Below, piece by piece: positions 11,430 to 24,238 of a DNA stretch of 36,595 bases. Origin of the DNA: Basidioascus undulatus (taxonomy: Eukaryota); NCBI GenBank assembly GCA_000826855.1, contig JTLS01000126.1, positions 1 to 36,595 of the forward strand, in the 5' to 3' direction. The notes beneath the pieces are model-generated. The model was not told the origin of the DNA, ran no database searches, and saw only the letters and a list, made by a program, of their open reading frames with translations. Positions within the stretch are counted from its first letter, which is position 1; each line of letters opens with the position of its first letter. The translations under genes were made by a program, and so were the position numbers.

Positions 11430-12098
11430 CTAGCCCCTGCGCTCTTTCATCAGGCCTGTCCCTCCTTGCTTCTCGTCCTCCGTCGTCCAAGCAGCAAGCA
11501 AGCCTACATCTCGCCCATCCACCTCTCCAGCCCCGTCGCCCCCTCCTCCCTCTCCCATCCCTTCATAACCTCCCACCCGCCGCTCCAAATCTCTGTCACG
11601 CCGCAACAGCCGCCGAGCCGCCCTGCTTCTCAGACAGGGTGGCGCGACCCCGCGGGCCTGCCGAGCAAGCCTGCGCTGGACTGGGGGCGGGCGGAGGAGC
11701 TGATGGGACTCGATGGGGGTGCGTCTTCGTTTCCCTTCCACTGCATTCCTTTGTTCTCCCGCTGACTGAGATGATCATCGCCGAACGCCCCTCCAGATCA
11801 GCTTCCTCTCCTCCCCCCCGCGCGGCTTCAAACGCTCCTCTCCGAGCTTCAGCGCTTCACCTCCTCCGCGTCCTCCCTGCTCGCGTACGAGCTCCAGCTG
11901 CGCGATGGACTGGCACACGACGCCGAGACATACAACGCGATGATCCAGGAGCTCGTGCGCAACGCGAGCGCCAAGATGTCCGCCGCGGCGCATGCGCCGG
12001 GCGCGAAGAATAAGGCACGGGCGAGCGGGAGCGGGTGGAACTCGCCCGTGGCGATAGGAAGGACGGGCAGCCCTGTTGTGGGATCAAGGGGGAGATGA
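11430..12098 (+). pseudogene. 5'-truncated fragment of a conserved fungal protein, probably Laa2/YBL010C (DUF5102)-like
   Basis: Two exons (intron ~11719-11796, GTGCGT..GCTGAC..CAG) give ...PALDWGRAEELMGLD-DQLPLLPPARLQTLLSELQRFTSSASSLLAYELQLRDGLAHDAETYNAMIQELVRNASAK...*. In-frame TAG at 11427 and no upstream acidic N-terminal exons found. Confidence 0.45.
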
Positions 12099-13114
12099 CT
12101 GGGGGGGGAGGACGAGGGCATGGATGGATTCGTATTTTGAATTTAGGAAACTGCGGGCGGGCGGGGATGAGGTGCAGGCGCGGCGCTCCGGTGGGATGGT
12201 TTCGCGGCGCCGCCGGCTGGCTGCATGCACGCATGATGCGTCTGGCCGGGCGAATTCGGCCTTGATCGTGCATTGAGGCACGCGCGGCTCTGAAGTCGGC
12301 GTCCGCCTCTTTGTCCACATGTTGATGTGGTCGTTGCACTGGCTGGGTGGGGTATTGGGGCTCACACGATCAGATGGATCAATGAAGGACTCACGACTTC
12401 CCGCTCATCGCAGTGCGTGGCATCTGCGGTGCGCTGTGCCCACGCACGCCTCTGTGACTTTTTCAAATGGGGAAGTCTGGTGCACCCAGCCTCTGATTCC
12501 CTGGGTGCGGTCCAACCTTAGTGTGAACGTGAAGAAGGCAGTTTGATTGCCAGGGCGCATCGCCCGATTGTCGCGACCCGTCGACGTTGCTTGCAGGCTC
12601 CGATCGGGTCACAACTCGCAACGCCTTTCCAGGCTCACATGCATTTGTGGGTTCGAGCACAGCGCTCAATGAATGTTCGGTTTCAGTGGGACTCACGGAC
12701 AAACGAAGACTGCAGGGGAAATGTGAGTCTGAAACGGGGCCTCAGGAAAGACGTGCACGCTTGTCATCCTCACCGACAGGACGCGCCTTGTACGGGATTT
12801 ACCGCTTTAGCAGAAGCCCATCCTGAACTTCTACCATTTCGCCCGCGCTCGCGGGAGCCTTCGAGGCGAATGTACCTGTAATGTAAGTAGACGGTACCCA
12901 CTCTCACTCAATCAACGAGCACAGTTGTTCGAGGGCATCACTGCGGTTGGACGGCGTTTCGAGCACGCGCGTCCCCTAGCAGGCCAATTAAAACCCCTAT
13001 GTTTATGCAAATACACACAGCTTGCCCGAATACAGCCAGGCGATATCTTCCCCAGAACCCCCGCGCAATGATAGCAGCCGACATTACATGGCCTCGCTTT
13101 AAGCATCCCCCATT

Positions 13115-14145
13115 TCATAACCTGTAAGAACACCACCCTCGATGGTGAACAGGTAAGTATACCAGTTCCCAGCTATCCATGAGGTCCACCTGACCGAGGT
13201 GAGAGACGGGAGGCATGCGGCCAATTCCACCACTGCGCATGTGCAGATGGATAACCTTGCCACGCTCACTGTGCGTTTCGTCGGCTTCGAGATGTACCCC
13301 GTCTATACCGCTGTAGGGGTCTGGGTCAGTAGGATGACGAAGCTCAACATCAAGCGTCTCAAGGCAAGCCGCAATAGCACAGGCGTCTAACAGCGCTGAC
13401 TGCAACCAATTCCGACGTCGCGTCGTGTGAGTTAGCATTCTCACAAGGCAGCCATCCAGCACATGCAGGGAGTACGAAAACAATCCTTACAGACCAGAGT
13501 AGTTCGCCGTGTGGAGATTCAAAGCCAAGGTGGATAAGAGTCAGGGTGGAGCGTAGTATAGCTTCCAGATCGCTGTCATTCAAATCGTCCACGGTGAACC
13601 TCAGATGGCGAAGCGCAGAGCGAGCACGGAGAGCCTCTAGAAGGCCAAGCAGGTTGGACACCACAGAGCACTCAACCTGCAGGTGCTCCAAATCAGCACA
13701 TAGCCCATATCCCGTCCTCCGCCGGCACGTCTTCTTCAACGATAAGTGATCGGAGAAAAAAAGAAGACGGAAGGGCTGGACAAGGCGCCTCCGCTGTAAG
13801 AGGAACAAGGGGCAGAAATCAGTCTCCAGATATCTTTAGATACTCGAGACCCTTAAGATCAGGTTTCAGCAGTAGACGATGCGGTCGTTCGTGTGCGCAA
13901 AGGCCCGCGGCGTCGAGCTGGAGGTCGATCAGAGTTGAGGCGTTGCGTTGGACCAGCTCGTAAGCGTTGTCGAGCATACGAGAGCCTGTACCGGCGGGGG
14001 GTGTTCCCCTGTATGGCGCTATAGCAGTTACGGGGAGTTCGATCACCAGTTTTCGCAAACCTGTTAGGCTCATGAATGAACGAGGAAGCACATGATCGAT
14101 TCCGAAACGCTGAGAGCTGCAGAATGCAATGTGGAAATGCGTACG
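13115..14145 (-). pseudogene. Degenerate leucine-rich-repeat (F-box/RNI-like) gene remnant
   Basis: Repeated LxxLxL segments (LTGLRKLVIE, TLIDLQLD, LKGLEYLKIS, LEHLQVE, ALRHLRFT, TLIHLGFE, LETLDVE); stop at 13819-13821 and frame changes; no own 5' end. Confidence 0.45.
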
Positions 14146-16518
14146 CTCTTCCAGGGCAAGGACCTTGGTCTCGGGAAACGCGAACCAGACGATTGATCAT
14201 AATAAAGGTAAGAGTCAGTACATGGCGTCGCGTGTAGGCACCGCAAGCCGGCCGACTTACTGACGAATAATACCGCCAAGACGCCCACGTACACCCCGTA
14301 GTACTTCCATGCAAGAGCCTCCAGCGCGACAGGGTTGACTTGAAGCGTAAGTAGGTCAGTATTCTGCAAGATACCGACGGAGATGTGGCTCGTACCCCAC
14401 TGGTTGAAACACAACGAGGCGTAGCTGGCAGTGTGCTCGAGCGCCAGGCCCTTCGCTCGAAGGTTGTAGGGCATAATCTCTGCCGGATAGGCGCTGATAA
14501 GAGGCGTCCAAGCAATGTCGTAACTGGGACTTGAATGCGTCAGTCTCACGGCTCAGCCATGAGACAGAGAACAATGTAACTTACAAACCATAGTAGAGGA
14601 ACAGGAAGGCGATCGTCGCATTGCCGGTGGTATGATCGCTTGTCTGGGCGAAGTGAGCGGAAAGTGCGGTAATTATTGCTGCCGAACTCAGGCAAATCAG
14701 CTGAATTGCCAGAAATTAAGGTGAAAGTGGGATTGACCGTAACACGCCAACATGCCGCTTGTGGACATCAACCACAAAGGCCGGCGCCCAGCCCGGTCAA
14801 CAAGAATAGCAGCCGCTATAGATTCAGAAAATTATAATCACTCTAGATTTACTGGTGATTCAAGAAGCTAAAGCAACGTACCAGACGAAGCGAACCAGTT
14901 CCAGATCGCCAGGCCGCCGTTGATTCCGGTCTGTTGCTTTGCATCTGTGATTCCAATCGTTCGGAGGACGGTGGAGAGGAGTAGCTGAAATAAGATACTC
15001 AATAAGAAATTCGAAGAACAATTGAAGTAAAGCACCAAAAGAGTCTGATCCTACCTGATGATGCCAACACCCGTTCAGCTGGGCGCCAGCACCGCAAACC
15101 GCGGCAATGAACATCCTCCAGCGATTGCCTTTGGTGCGGAAGAATTCTATGAACGACGGTTTCGCTTTCTGGGACTCAACCCGAAGAACCTTCTTGATCT
15201 CGTTGTACTCTTGCTGCACGTCCTCGGACTCGTTACAATTAGAATGATAGCGGGCGAGGACAGCAAGACCCTCGGCATCTTGACCTTTGCTGATTAGGTA
15301 GCCTGGGCAGAAGCAAATTATAGAATGAGTGAAAACCCCCACGCCCATGGGTCAACTCTGGTACTTGTTCCGAAGCTTTGCAGGATGCTTACGAGGAGAC
15401 TCGGGGGCAAAAGGAATAGTCAAGAGCTGTGTCATCGGGAAGAACGCCTGGAACCTAAAGACAAGGCAAAATCAGTATAAAACTCCACGGTCCTTACTTT
15501 CTAATGTAACAGAGCAACTCACAGCGAGGGCAGTCGCCATCCCCACGACCCACTCATGGACAATGTGCCTGCCCTCCGACCTGTTAGTCACTGTTAGTCA
15601 TTTTGTTTTCCGAACCATTACGTACCGGAACAGATCTAAGATGACAAGATAGATCCGACATAGTACAGAGTGTTGTAGAGGGCGGTAGCCTTTCCGCGTA
15701 CTCGAGGATGAGAAAGCTCGGCCACCATGACCGGAGCAATGGGATGCCCAAAGCCTCCGCCAATGCTGTTGTTACTCAAAAACGTGAGCGAGCCCGAACC
15801 TGAAGAGTGGAATCTGAAGCTCTCATACCCGATAATTACCCGCGAAACGATGAATTGAGTGAGGGTGCGACGACGCTGAAGTTTGAACAAGTATGTCAGA
15901 GGAATGTTCTTTGCATCAGACCCGCTACAACGAAGAAGTACCTTGAACGGCTGCTCCCGCAACTACCAGTGCGGCTCCCAGGATAACAGGCAAACGGCGC
16001 CCAAAGCGGTCGGGAAGCTGTGCCACGCTCAGGATGCCAAACAGTGGGACTTGCGATTGACGCAACGAGGCTCACCCATCCAGCAATCCAAGGCACCACC
16101 AGCCCGGGGAGAGACTGAGCGGCCGTAGCCAAACCCAGAAGGTTCCCACTCGGAGAGTTGAACTGCCCCTTCCACTGCAAAGCAGGTTCCAGTGACAATC
16201 TCGGCACATTGCAAGAATGTATCGGCTCACTTGCGGAAGTGCCTGAAGGCCATTGAGAAGCGAGCTATCGTAACCCTGAATTTGCGACCCATGCTCAGCA
16301 ACGGGAAATGTTTTATTAAAGAGGAAACCTTACCCAAGAACAGACGCGAAGCTGTAAAGTCCTACCCAGAGGCACATGCGGCGCATCCCTGAAATCCGAG
16401 AAATAGTCAGTCATTCCAGTCTTCTCCTGTTCTCCTCTGCTACCTGAAGCTTACCTGGATCCAACCACCAGCTGGGGTGCCTCTCATTGCGTACTTCATT
16501 TCGAGTGCTCGTTGCCAT
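14146..16518 (-). pseudogene. Sugar porter (MFS; lactose permease/cellodextrin transporter-like) pseudogene
   Basis: Motifs GYDSSLLNGLQ, DRFGRR, ELSHPRVRG, YNTLYYVGSI, PESPR, YPAEIMPYNLRAKG, FPETK..LEE. Lesions: frameshift ~15866-15875, TAG for expected Trp at 15638-15636, paired indels at ~15071 and ~14980, acceptor AG to AA at 14194-14193, last exon missing. Confidence 0.88.
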
Positions 16519-17363
16519 TGCCAACTTGCAGTCATCCGCCAGGAAGGGCTTTGGTGTGTGGACGATCTGTGCGATTGCGGGGCCAAAGTGGAGTGCACAG
16601 TTGTGTTATGATAGTGATTGGAATGAAATGTGGGGTCAGGATGATTTTATACGGAGGAAGAATGCCTTCGACCTCAGAGATTGCCAGCTTATGGTGTAAA
16701 TGGTCGGCAAATAGCCGATCTTGCGAGGCCTGCCCTGGCCTGCCCTCAGCTGGTCAGGGAAAGCCGCGTGGATCTGCGTTGCTGGAAACATGTGCCTGGA
16801 AAAGCCATGTCAGACAAGGTCAGCTGCCCCCCGGTTTGGCTGAACGTTCTATGCTGCTGCTGCTCACCGGCACAGGAAGTGATTGCTTTTCCAGTTCGGC
16901 TTGAAGATTCGATATTGCGCCCAGTGCTTTCCGATCCTATCATACAAATGAATCCTATATACTGATATCTGCCGTAGCCCCACAAGCGATGTTCCATCCT
17001 GAATATGACCGGCGCTTGGCAGATGTAAATTCAGCAGGCTCATATCCTTACAGATCGAGAGTAGACTTCAGGGTACTGCTGTTCTTCCAGCGATACCTCG
17101 GCACCATCAAAGCCGTACTGGGCTCTTATGAAATGAAGGAAGTGTAGAAGTTTCAACCTCAAGTCCGTCGTGGGCGGCCTGTCATTGCGTTAAGAACTGC
17201 AAGTTCAACAGGGCAAACCTCTTCTCTATGTCAAGATGTTGGTTACGCATTATTTGTGTTGGCAGCGCAACGAGCTTTAATGAAGACAAGCCGAACATCC
17301 CTCGCAAGCAGGCACAAAAATAGCAGCGATAAAATGCATCAAGAGACCACACGCGAACAAAAT

Positions 17364-18987
17364 CTAGTTACGAGCGAGAGCGTGAACGACCTGCTCAAAG
17401 ATGTCGAAATCCAGCTTGGCGTCCTCCGGCGTGGTCTTGACAGGCTCGCCGGCGATCAAGCAGGCATGAAGACGCTCGTACTCCAGCGTGTACGTGTCCT
17501 TGTACGTCGGCCGGATCACCTTCTCGGTGTAGTGGCCTTTCTCGTCGTTGTAGCCAAGGGTCAGAGTAACCGGAAGACCCTGTACAATTTCGTTTAAACG
17601 CTCTGTCAATGCAGGAGAGACAACACGAAATCAGCGAAAGAATCTTACCTTTACATAAGGCGTGTCGTACTCGATTTTGACGCGCTTGCCGTCGCCGTAC
17701 ACCTCGATGTGCGCGTCGAAGCTGCCGACCTTGTCGATTGCAGTCTCGTACGCGGCGATAAAGCCGTCGTACTCGAAGAGCGCCGTGATGAAGAGGCCTG
17801 AGTCGGCCCGTCCGGCTCAACACGCGCTTGGGTGATCCGAGCAGTTCACGCATTGCGGACAAGTCGTGCGAGCCGAGGCCGCCGAGAAGTCGATACGTGC
17901 GTACCAGCGCCGGGTCTTGGGCGAGTTTGGGACCGAGGGCGAGTTGAGCGATGCGCTGTCCGCGCGCAAGGCGATCCTCGTTTGATCCGGCCGGGAAGTC
18001 GGTAAAGCGAGTGGGAAATGTTCCGGATTGTTGGACAAAAAAGTCGTTCTGGAGACCAAGAGCAAGGCAAGGTAAGTGCCAGTCAGCGGACTTGCCCAGC
18101 CTTGCTCACGCCATAGGAGACGGAGAAGAAAGATGCGGCTCACTGGACCGATGATATCACGAACACGGGCGTACTGGATGGACTTCATCTATGACGGCCT
18201 CCGCCTCCTCGAAGGCAGTAGCGTAGCGGCGCATGTAGCCGACAAAGACGATGACCTGACCAACACAAGGACATAGACGAGTCAATCAGGACCGTAGAAA
18301 GACTCTTGGGAGACGTAAAACAAAGACTTGCGTTGTTCCGCTTGCCTGCTGCAATAATTTCGTCTGCATCCTGGCGCGTCAGGGCCATCGGCTGGGGCGC
18401 AGAGGTCAGCTTGGAAGTTCATCGGAATGATCGTAATGATGGTCTTTGGATCAGGTCACTCTACCTTTTCGACAAATACGTGCTTTCCTGCGTCCGCTGC
18501 CTCAACGGCGTTGGTGGCCTGCGAAGAAAGCCCTATTCAATTTCAGGCTATGGCAGACAGCAGCTCACGAAACCGACTCGCATGGTACTCATCCGAGTTG
18601 AGGATCAAGACAAGGTCGACATCGTCTTGCCGAACGAGATCGGAGCTTAAACCGACAATATTATTAGTTCAATCAAGGGATGGAGGTGAAGATTGGCCTG
18701 CCTGCTGGTGAAAGTCTTTGGCACATGGAACTTCTTGGCGGAGTGTGCCAAAGCCTGTTTGCTGAGGTCGCATATGGCGGTGACTTGAAACAGATGAGGA
18801 AGGAGGCTGAGAGTAGGAAGCTAGAAATATTAATTGTTCAGATTGGGCTTGTTGTAGAAGGGCATCCCTCAAAGCTTAGTAATTGGCTTTGAGCACGACG
18901 TACGTGCGTGCTTTGCGCAACCTCCCCTGCTCCGATGAGCCCAACACGGATGATCTTGTTCAGAGCAGCACCATTTACGTGTCCCAT
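17364..18987 (-). pseudogene. Gfo/Idh/MocA-family NAD(P)-dependent oxidoreductase (inositol dehydrogenase-like), frameshifted
   Basis: RVGLIGAGEVAQSTH-LPTL, GKHVFVEK-PMAL, VGYMRRYA, ARVRDIIGP, LGSHDLSAMRELLG, FDAHIEVYG, YDTPYVK-GLP. Apparent frameshifts at ~18185 and ~17817 with no intron to explain them. Confidence 0.82.
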
Positions 18988-19733
18988 AGCTTTTTTCTGA
19001 GGATGTGGATGCGTGGGGAGAAGAGCTGAAGGGAAGGGGCCGGAGGCGGACGTCGTGGTGTTTGGCACGAAGGAAGCTGAACCTCGCTCACCTACTTGCT
19101 CCTTGATTCTCAGACGGAATCGGTATCTCGGATATATTTAACCCCGAGCTCGACTCATCTTTTCATTTCACAGATCATGCGATCTGGCATGGCGCATGAC
19201 AATGGGCTTAATTAACCGGCAGGGCACCACCCTCCGGCATTTTCTGAAGGTCGGCCATTTCTTCGCCTTGCCACAACCAGCGAGCGGCTCGGAGGCTCGG
19301 CCTGCATTGCCCATAATCCACGTGTTAGTGTGTTGAGAACATCCCCTACTCGTCTACTAGCGAAATAAAGAGGACTTACATGTTGGGCCTTGCAGAACTC
19401 GCCCTTCCCCACATGAACGAGACCGTCTGTGTACATGTGGGTACGAGACAACCTACCTACGCATCCAGAAGCAGTTTTCCGTGATACCCTGCAGTATTGA
19501 CACCCTTAGGAAACACTTCGGCGAAACATGTCATCAGATGTTCCCATGCATTGTGGCAGCCCCGCGCTCTGCACTTGGACACCCGTGGACGAATAAATAC
19601 AGAAAAAAGCCGAAGATAAAGAAGGGGTAGATATAGGTAGATATAACTTTGGGAGGTATAAGAAATAAATGGAAGACTCTGAAGCTGAGATGAAGGAGGA
19701 CCGAAAGTTAGGATTGGAAGGCAACATCAGTTG

Positions 19734-20092
19734 TTACGTTAGCCAAACAGGCGGACGTGAAAGAAGTCGTGTCAACGCACCCACTTGAAGATACCCGACG
19801 AGGCAGACGTCACCGACTGCGCTGCTGACGCGTCTAGTACTTGCGGTGGCACTTGGAGGTGTCGGCCGTAGCCGGGCATTGCGGGATGCTGAAGAAGAAT
19901 CGTCCTGAGGGCCGAAGAGGATGTTGTCCTTGACGACCTCGCCGGTCTGCCGTCTCGCCCCCCAGACATCACCCTCAGTACTGAGCCACCACTCTGGGAG
20001 AACGGGAAAGGCACTGAAACTCACAACGGCGTCATACGCGCAGTAGAAGTTGTCGACGTCGGGGTCGTACGAGCAGCCGATGATAGGCACGG
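19734..20092 (-). other. Short coding-like two-exon fragment, unknown
   Basis: PVPIIGCSYDPDVDNFYCAYDAV, GTGAGT donor, CAG acceptor, then TGEVVKDNILFGPQDD; C-ending codon bias. Confidence 0.25.
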
Positions 20093-21965
20093 GCTTGTGG
20101 GAACTGTCAGCACACACCCCACTTGCTCCTTGCTCAGTGCAACCGATTTCTCACGTCGAGAACCAGCGACTCAGAAGTGAGACAGCCACGGCTAACCCTC
20201 GAACATGAATCGGCCGCACTAAGAATCAGACGCATGCGAACGCTGACCCAGGGGTGGGTGCCTTAAGGAATCTCAACCTTTTGTATCCAAAATCTGAGCA
20301 TGATCCATCGGTTTCGAAATGCCTTCGCGAAGTGTCAAACAACGAGCAGTAACTGTACAGCGCGGCGTTTGTGGACACCCGAGAGCATGCTGCGTCAGAC
20401 CCAGTTCGCGACAGTTCTGGCCTCCAATGGTTCTCGGGTGGAACGGTTTACTCTATAATGCGGAGTGGGACATCTGACGACTGGCAGATGAGTTCAACAA
20501 TCGCTCCAGGAGTCTGCCGCACTGCATTTGTGTTGACTGTCGTTGCTGGTGTACCGATCAACTCGGGGCGCTTCCTTTGGAAGCTTCTCACATTCCTATT
20601 GTAAGTAAGGCGCTTTATTTCAGTACTAAGTCGAGGTTTGACCCAGGCAGAGCCAAGACAATTGCCCACTGGAACGTTGACAAACGCTTCGCTGCAGCCC
20701 AAGTGCGAGCCGGCATGAGTATCAGAGGCTGAGTAACGAGCGACGGGATGGGTGTTGCCTAAAGCCCATATAAACAAAAAAGGAAAGCCCCGAGGGACAC
20801 CATCATATCAGGAAAGGAAAAGTCCCCCTGACGAAAGCAAAAGAAGGGTGAGTGATTATCCGTGCGCTGCCCAGGGCTGTGCGACTTGAAAGTGAGGCCG
20901 GACAAGACCGTTGTGATGACCAGGTAGGCAAAAGCCTTGAATATTTTTGGAAATACCGGGTATGTTAGAACCGTCGACAAGATGACCGGATAGCGTGTAA
21001 AGGGAGAGAGCGGCTGTCGCAGCGTCGCAGCGGAAAGCGACCGCAGTATGCTTTTGCTGCTTGCGTCTGCCCTTCGTGTTGTTGCCGCTTGCCTTGGGGC
21101 TGAGACGTACAGAGAAGATATGAGACCCTTACATGGCATTTCTAATTTCTGAACAACTAGGGAGTCCGTGGGACCAAGTGGGACCGATTGAGTGCTTCTC
21201 CCCTGCCAGCATAGAATACGTTGTGTCTGCACGCCCGGGTTTTGAAAGCATCGCTCGAGCCTCGCAGTTGGCTCCGCAGCTAGCGATCGCAATCTTTTTG
21301 CACTGTAAAGTACAGCAAGTAGCTCCATCTTTCAACCACACGCTTCCCAACGTCGTTTCGTGCACTGTCGTTTGCTGTCGTGCAACCCTTGCATCGGCCA
21401 AGGGCTGGTTGTACTCCACATGGCAAGCACTAAAATGTCTACCTCGGCCGTGTCCCATCGCGATAGATCTGCACGCCGTGTCTATCCGTGCACATGACTG
21501 TTGGTTTTGTGCCACGAAAGGATTTCTCTGCACCGCTTTCAGGGAACATTGGGGTGTAGCGGTTCAAGGTTGTTGAAGGCTGTCCATCGTCTCAGGCGTG
21601 CCGAGCGATGCCGAGCTATCTCTCCGTGAAGATGACGTCGAACCGCGCTGTCAGAAACATGTGAACCTGATCCGGCTGGCGGGATGGCCGTCGGAATGCG
21701 GCGTAAGTTAGGCGAACGCATGCTCTTAGAGTTGGTCTCGCAGCGCGGCGGCGGCTGCATATTGTGCAGGTGTCTTGAGACGTGCCATCGACATCGTCTT
21801 CAAGCACCGCCACCATCATCAGCAACTTTTAATCCTCGAAGCGCCCCTCTCGAGACACAGCTGAAGGACATATAAACACTCTAATCTCTCACTGACGGTG
21901 CCTGGCAATCCCCACTGCCGAACGTCTTCTTCCCATCGATCTACTCATCACGCTCGCGCACGACC

Positions 21966-23760
21966 ATGTCTACCTCGATCGACTCCAAGGCCCCCGCGCC
22001 CGCTTACGACCCATCGTCTTCCTCTGCCAACGGCAACAACGCGGGCGGCGTGTACGACAACAGTGACCCGTTCTCGATCGACTCTGAGCAGCCCGCGGCC
22101 CCGCGCCCCAGGAAGCAGCCGCGGAACCCCAATGACCAGAGCCTCGTCCGCGTCCAGCCGCTCACCAAGGGTACGTACCTCCCCTTTTGCGGGAAAATGG
22201 TAGTTTTGAAGAATTTCACATTTACGGAATGCGGAATGGTGTCGTTTTACAGCCCAGATGCAGCCGTCGTACGCGCAGGAGCTCAACGTCGACCACGGCG
22301 AGCACGGCTGGTACGGTGCCATGATGAACAGCATCGGCAATTGCATGGCCTTCTTCGGATCGATCCCCTGCTGCCTCTGCTGCCCCGTGCGTCCCATCTC
22401 CATCTCTACCTACGTCTCCCTGCTGGCAGCCCTAACCGCCTCTCCCTCTCCCCAACCCAGAACCCCTTCAAAGAAGTCCGCCAAGGCTCGGTCGGCCTCG
22501 TCTCCCGCTTCGGCGCTTTCTACAAGAGCACTGATCCGGTCGCGTTATATTGTTCATCACTTGACAAGAAAACTTCAGCTCATGAGCTCTCCACTCACAG
22601 GGACTTGTCCGTATCAACCCGTGCAGCGAGAGCCTCCAGACCGTCAGCGTCATGATCCAAGTCGCAGCGATCCCGAGCCAGACCGTCATGACGCGGGACA
22701 ATGTCAACGTTCGCATCGACAGCGTAATCTGTAGGTTGATCGGTATTCCTCGCGTGCCGGGCTGACGAGACGTGCTTGATGCAGACTACCACGTTACGAA
22801 CCCCTACCGCGCAGTCTGTGCGTTCCTTCCTCCTTCAACTCACTCTACCACCCTGCTAAGATAAATATTCTCCTTCTCAGACGGCGTCGCGGACGTCCGC
22901 CAGGCGCTCATCGAGCGCGCGCAAACCACGCTCCGCAACGTTGTCGGCTCGCGCGTCCTCCAGAGCGTCGTGACCGAGCGCGAGGCGGTCGCGACGGAGA
23001 TTGAGGAGATCGTTCGTCTTTCCCCTCCCTTACCCGATCCGTGGCGAGAAGAGAAGACTGAAACTGGAACGGGCTGCCTGGGTGCAGGTCGCGAACGTCT
23101 CGGAAAACTGGGGCGTCACGGTTGAGGCGATCCTCATCAAGGTAAACCTAAAAGTTACCTTTCATGGCTATAATTTCCACGTAAATTACTCCCAATTTTC
23201 CTCAGGACATTCTCTTCTCTGAGGAGCTCCAGGCGAGCCTGTCGTCTGCCGCGCAGCAGAAGCGTATGGGCGAGGCGAAGGTCATCGCAGCTCGTGCCGA
23301 GGTGCGTCTTCTTTTCCTTTCTCTCTCTTTCCCTAGAATTTCTTTAAGTCGATCAAATATCTAACACGCGGTCGGATTTTTACCAGGTCGAGTCCGCCAA
23401 GCTCATGCGCCAGGCCGCCGACATCCTCGCGTCGCCGGCGGCCATGCAGATTCGACAGCTCGAGACGCTCACTGCCATGGCCAAGACGTCAGGATCCAAG
23501 ACCATCGTGCGTGCCGCTTCCAATCCTTATCTTTTCCTTTCGCGCTTCTCCTCTGCCCCTCACCTCGATCCGGTACTTACGCAAGAAGTCCCCACCCGCA
23601 GTTCATGCCCATGCACCTCGCCAACATGGGCGACACGTCCCAGATCCAGGCGCAGATGCAGGCCGCGCAGCATGCCACCGGTGCGGGCGGCGGCGGCGTT
23701 GCCGGCGAGGGCTCGTCGACCGGCCAGGTCGCGCAGCTTGCGGCGCTGGACCGGCTTTGA
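21966..23760 (+). CDS. Stomatin-like SPFH/band-7 domain protein, multi-exon
   Basis: Spliced product with GSIPCCLCCP-NPFKEVRQGSVGLVSRFG, QTVMTRDNVNVRIDSVI, AQTTLRNVVG, WGVTVEAILIK-DI, AKVIAARAE-VESAKLMRQAADILASPAAMQIRQLETL; TGA at 23758-23760; no lesions seen. Confidence 0.93.
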
Positions 23761-24238
23761 GCGTGCACCCCCCAACCCACTCCAATTTCTAGTCTGTAAT
23801 TCTAGTGGCCCTCACACACTCCCATAATAATACGACAGCTACGCACACCATGCGATGTACTTTCTGAAGTCGAGATGATGATGAATGTCAAAATGAGTGC
23901 CTGGTAATGCTCAATAAAACCGTGCGTTGATTACAACTTCTCTTGGCATTTTCTCAAAGATAGCCTGTGGCTCGGGTTGTTCAAGCAGCCCAGGCATCCC
24001 ACCCGTTGAATGTCACGTCACTCAAGGCAACTTGATTTCGAACGGACAACGTCTCATCATACTGACTGTAGCAGAAAGACGTTTTCTGGCCCAGCTTGCA
24101 AACCTGCTGAGTTCTCATTATCTCCAGGTTCAACAAGTGCTCGTCGGGAGATAGCTTGCGGGGAATCCGCCTCGTGCCATCTCCGCAGAAACGCAGCACA
24201 AAGTCCTCTATCCACATCAGTCTACCGGATGACATCTT

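Noticed and set aside
20759..21328. 189-aa ORF with hydrophobic segments
   Set aside because: No recognisable motif, weak codon bias and no consistent splice model; cannot support a call.
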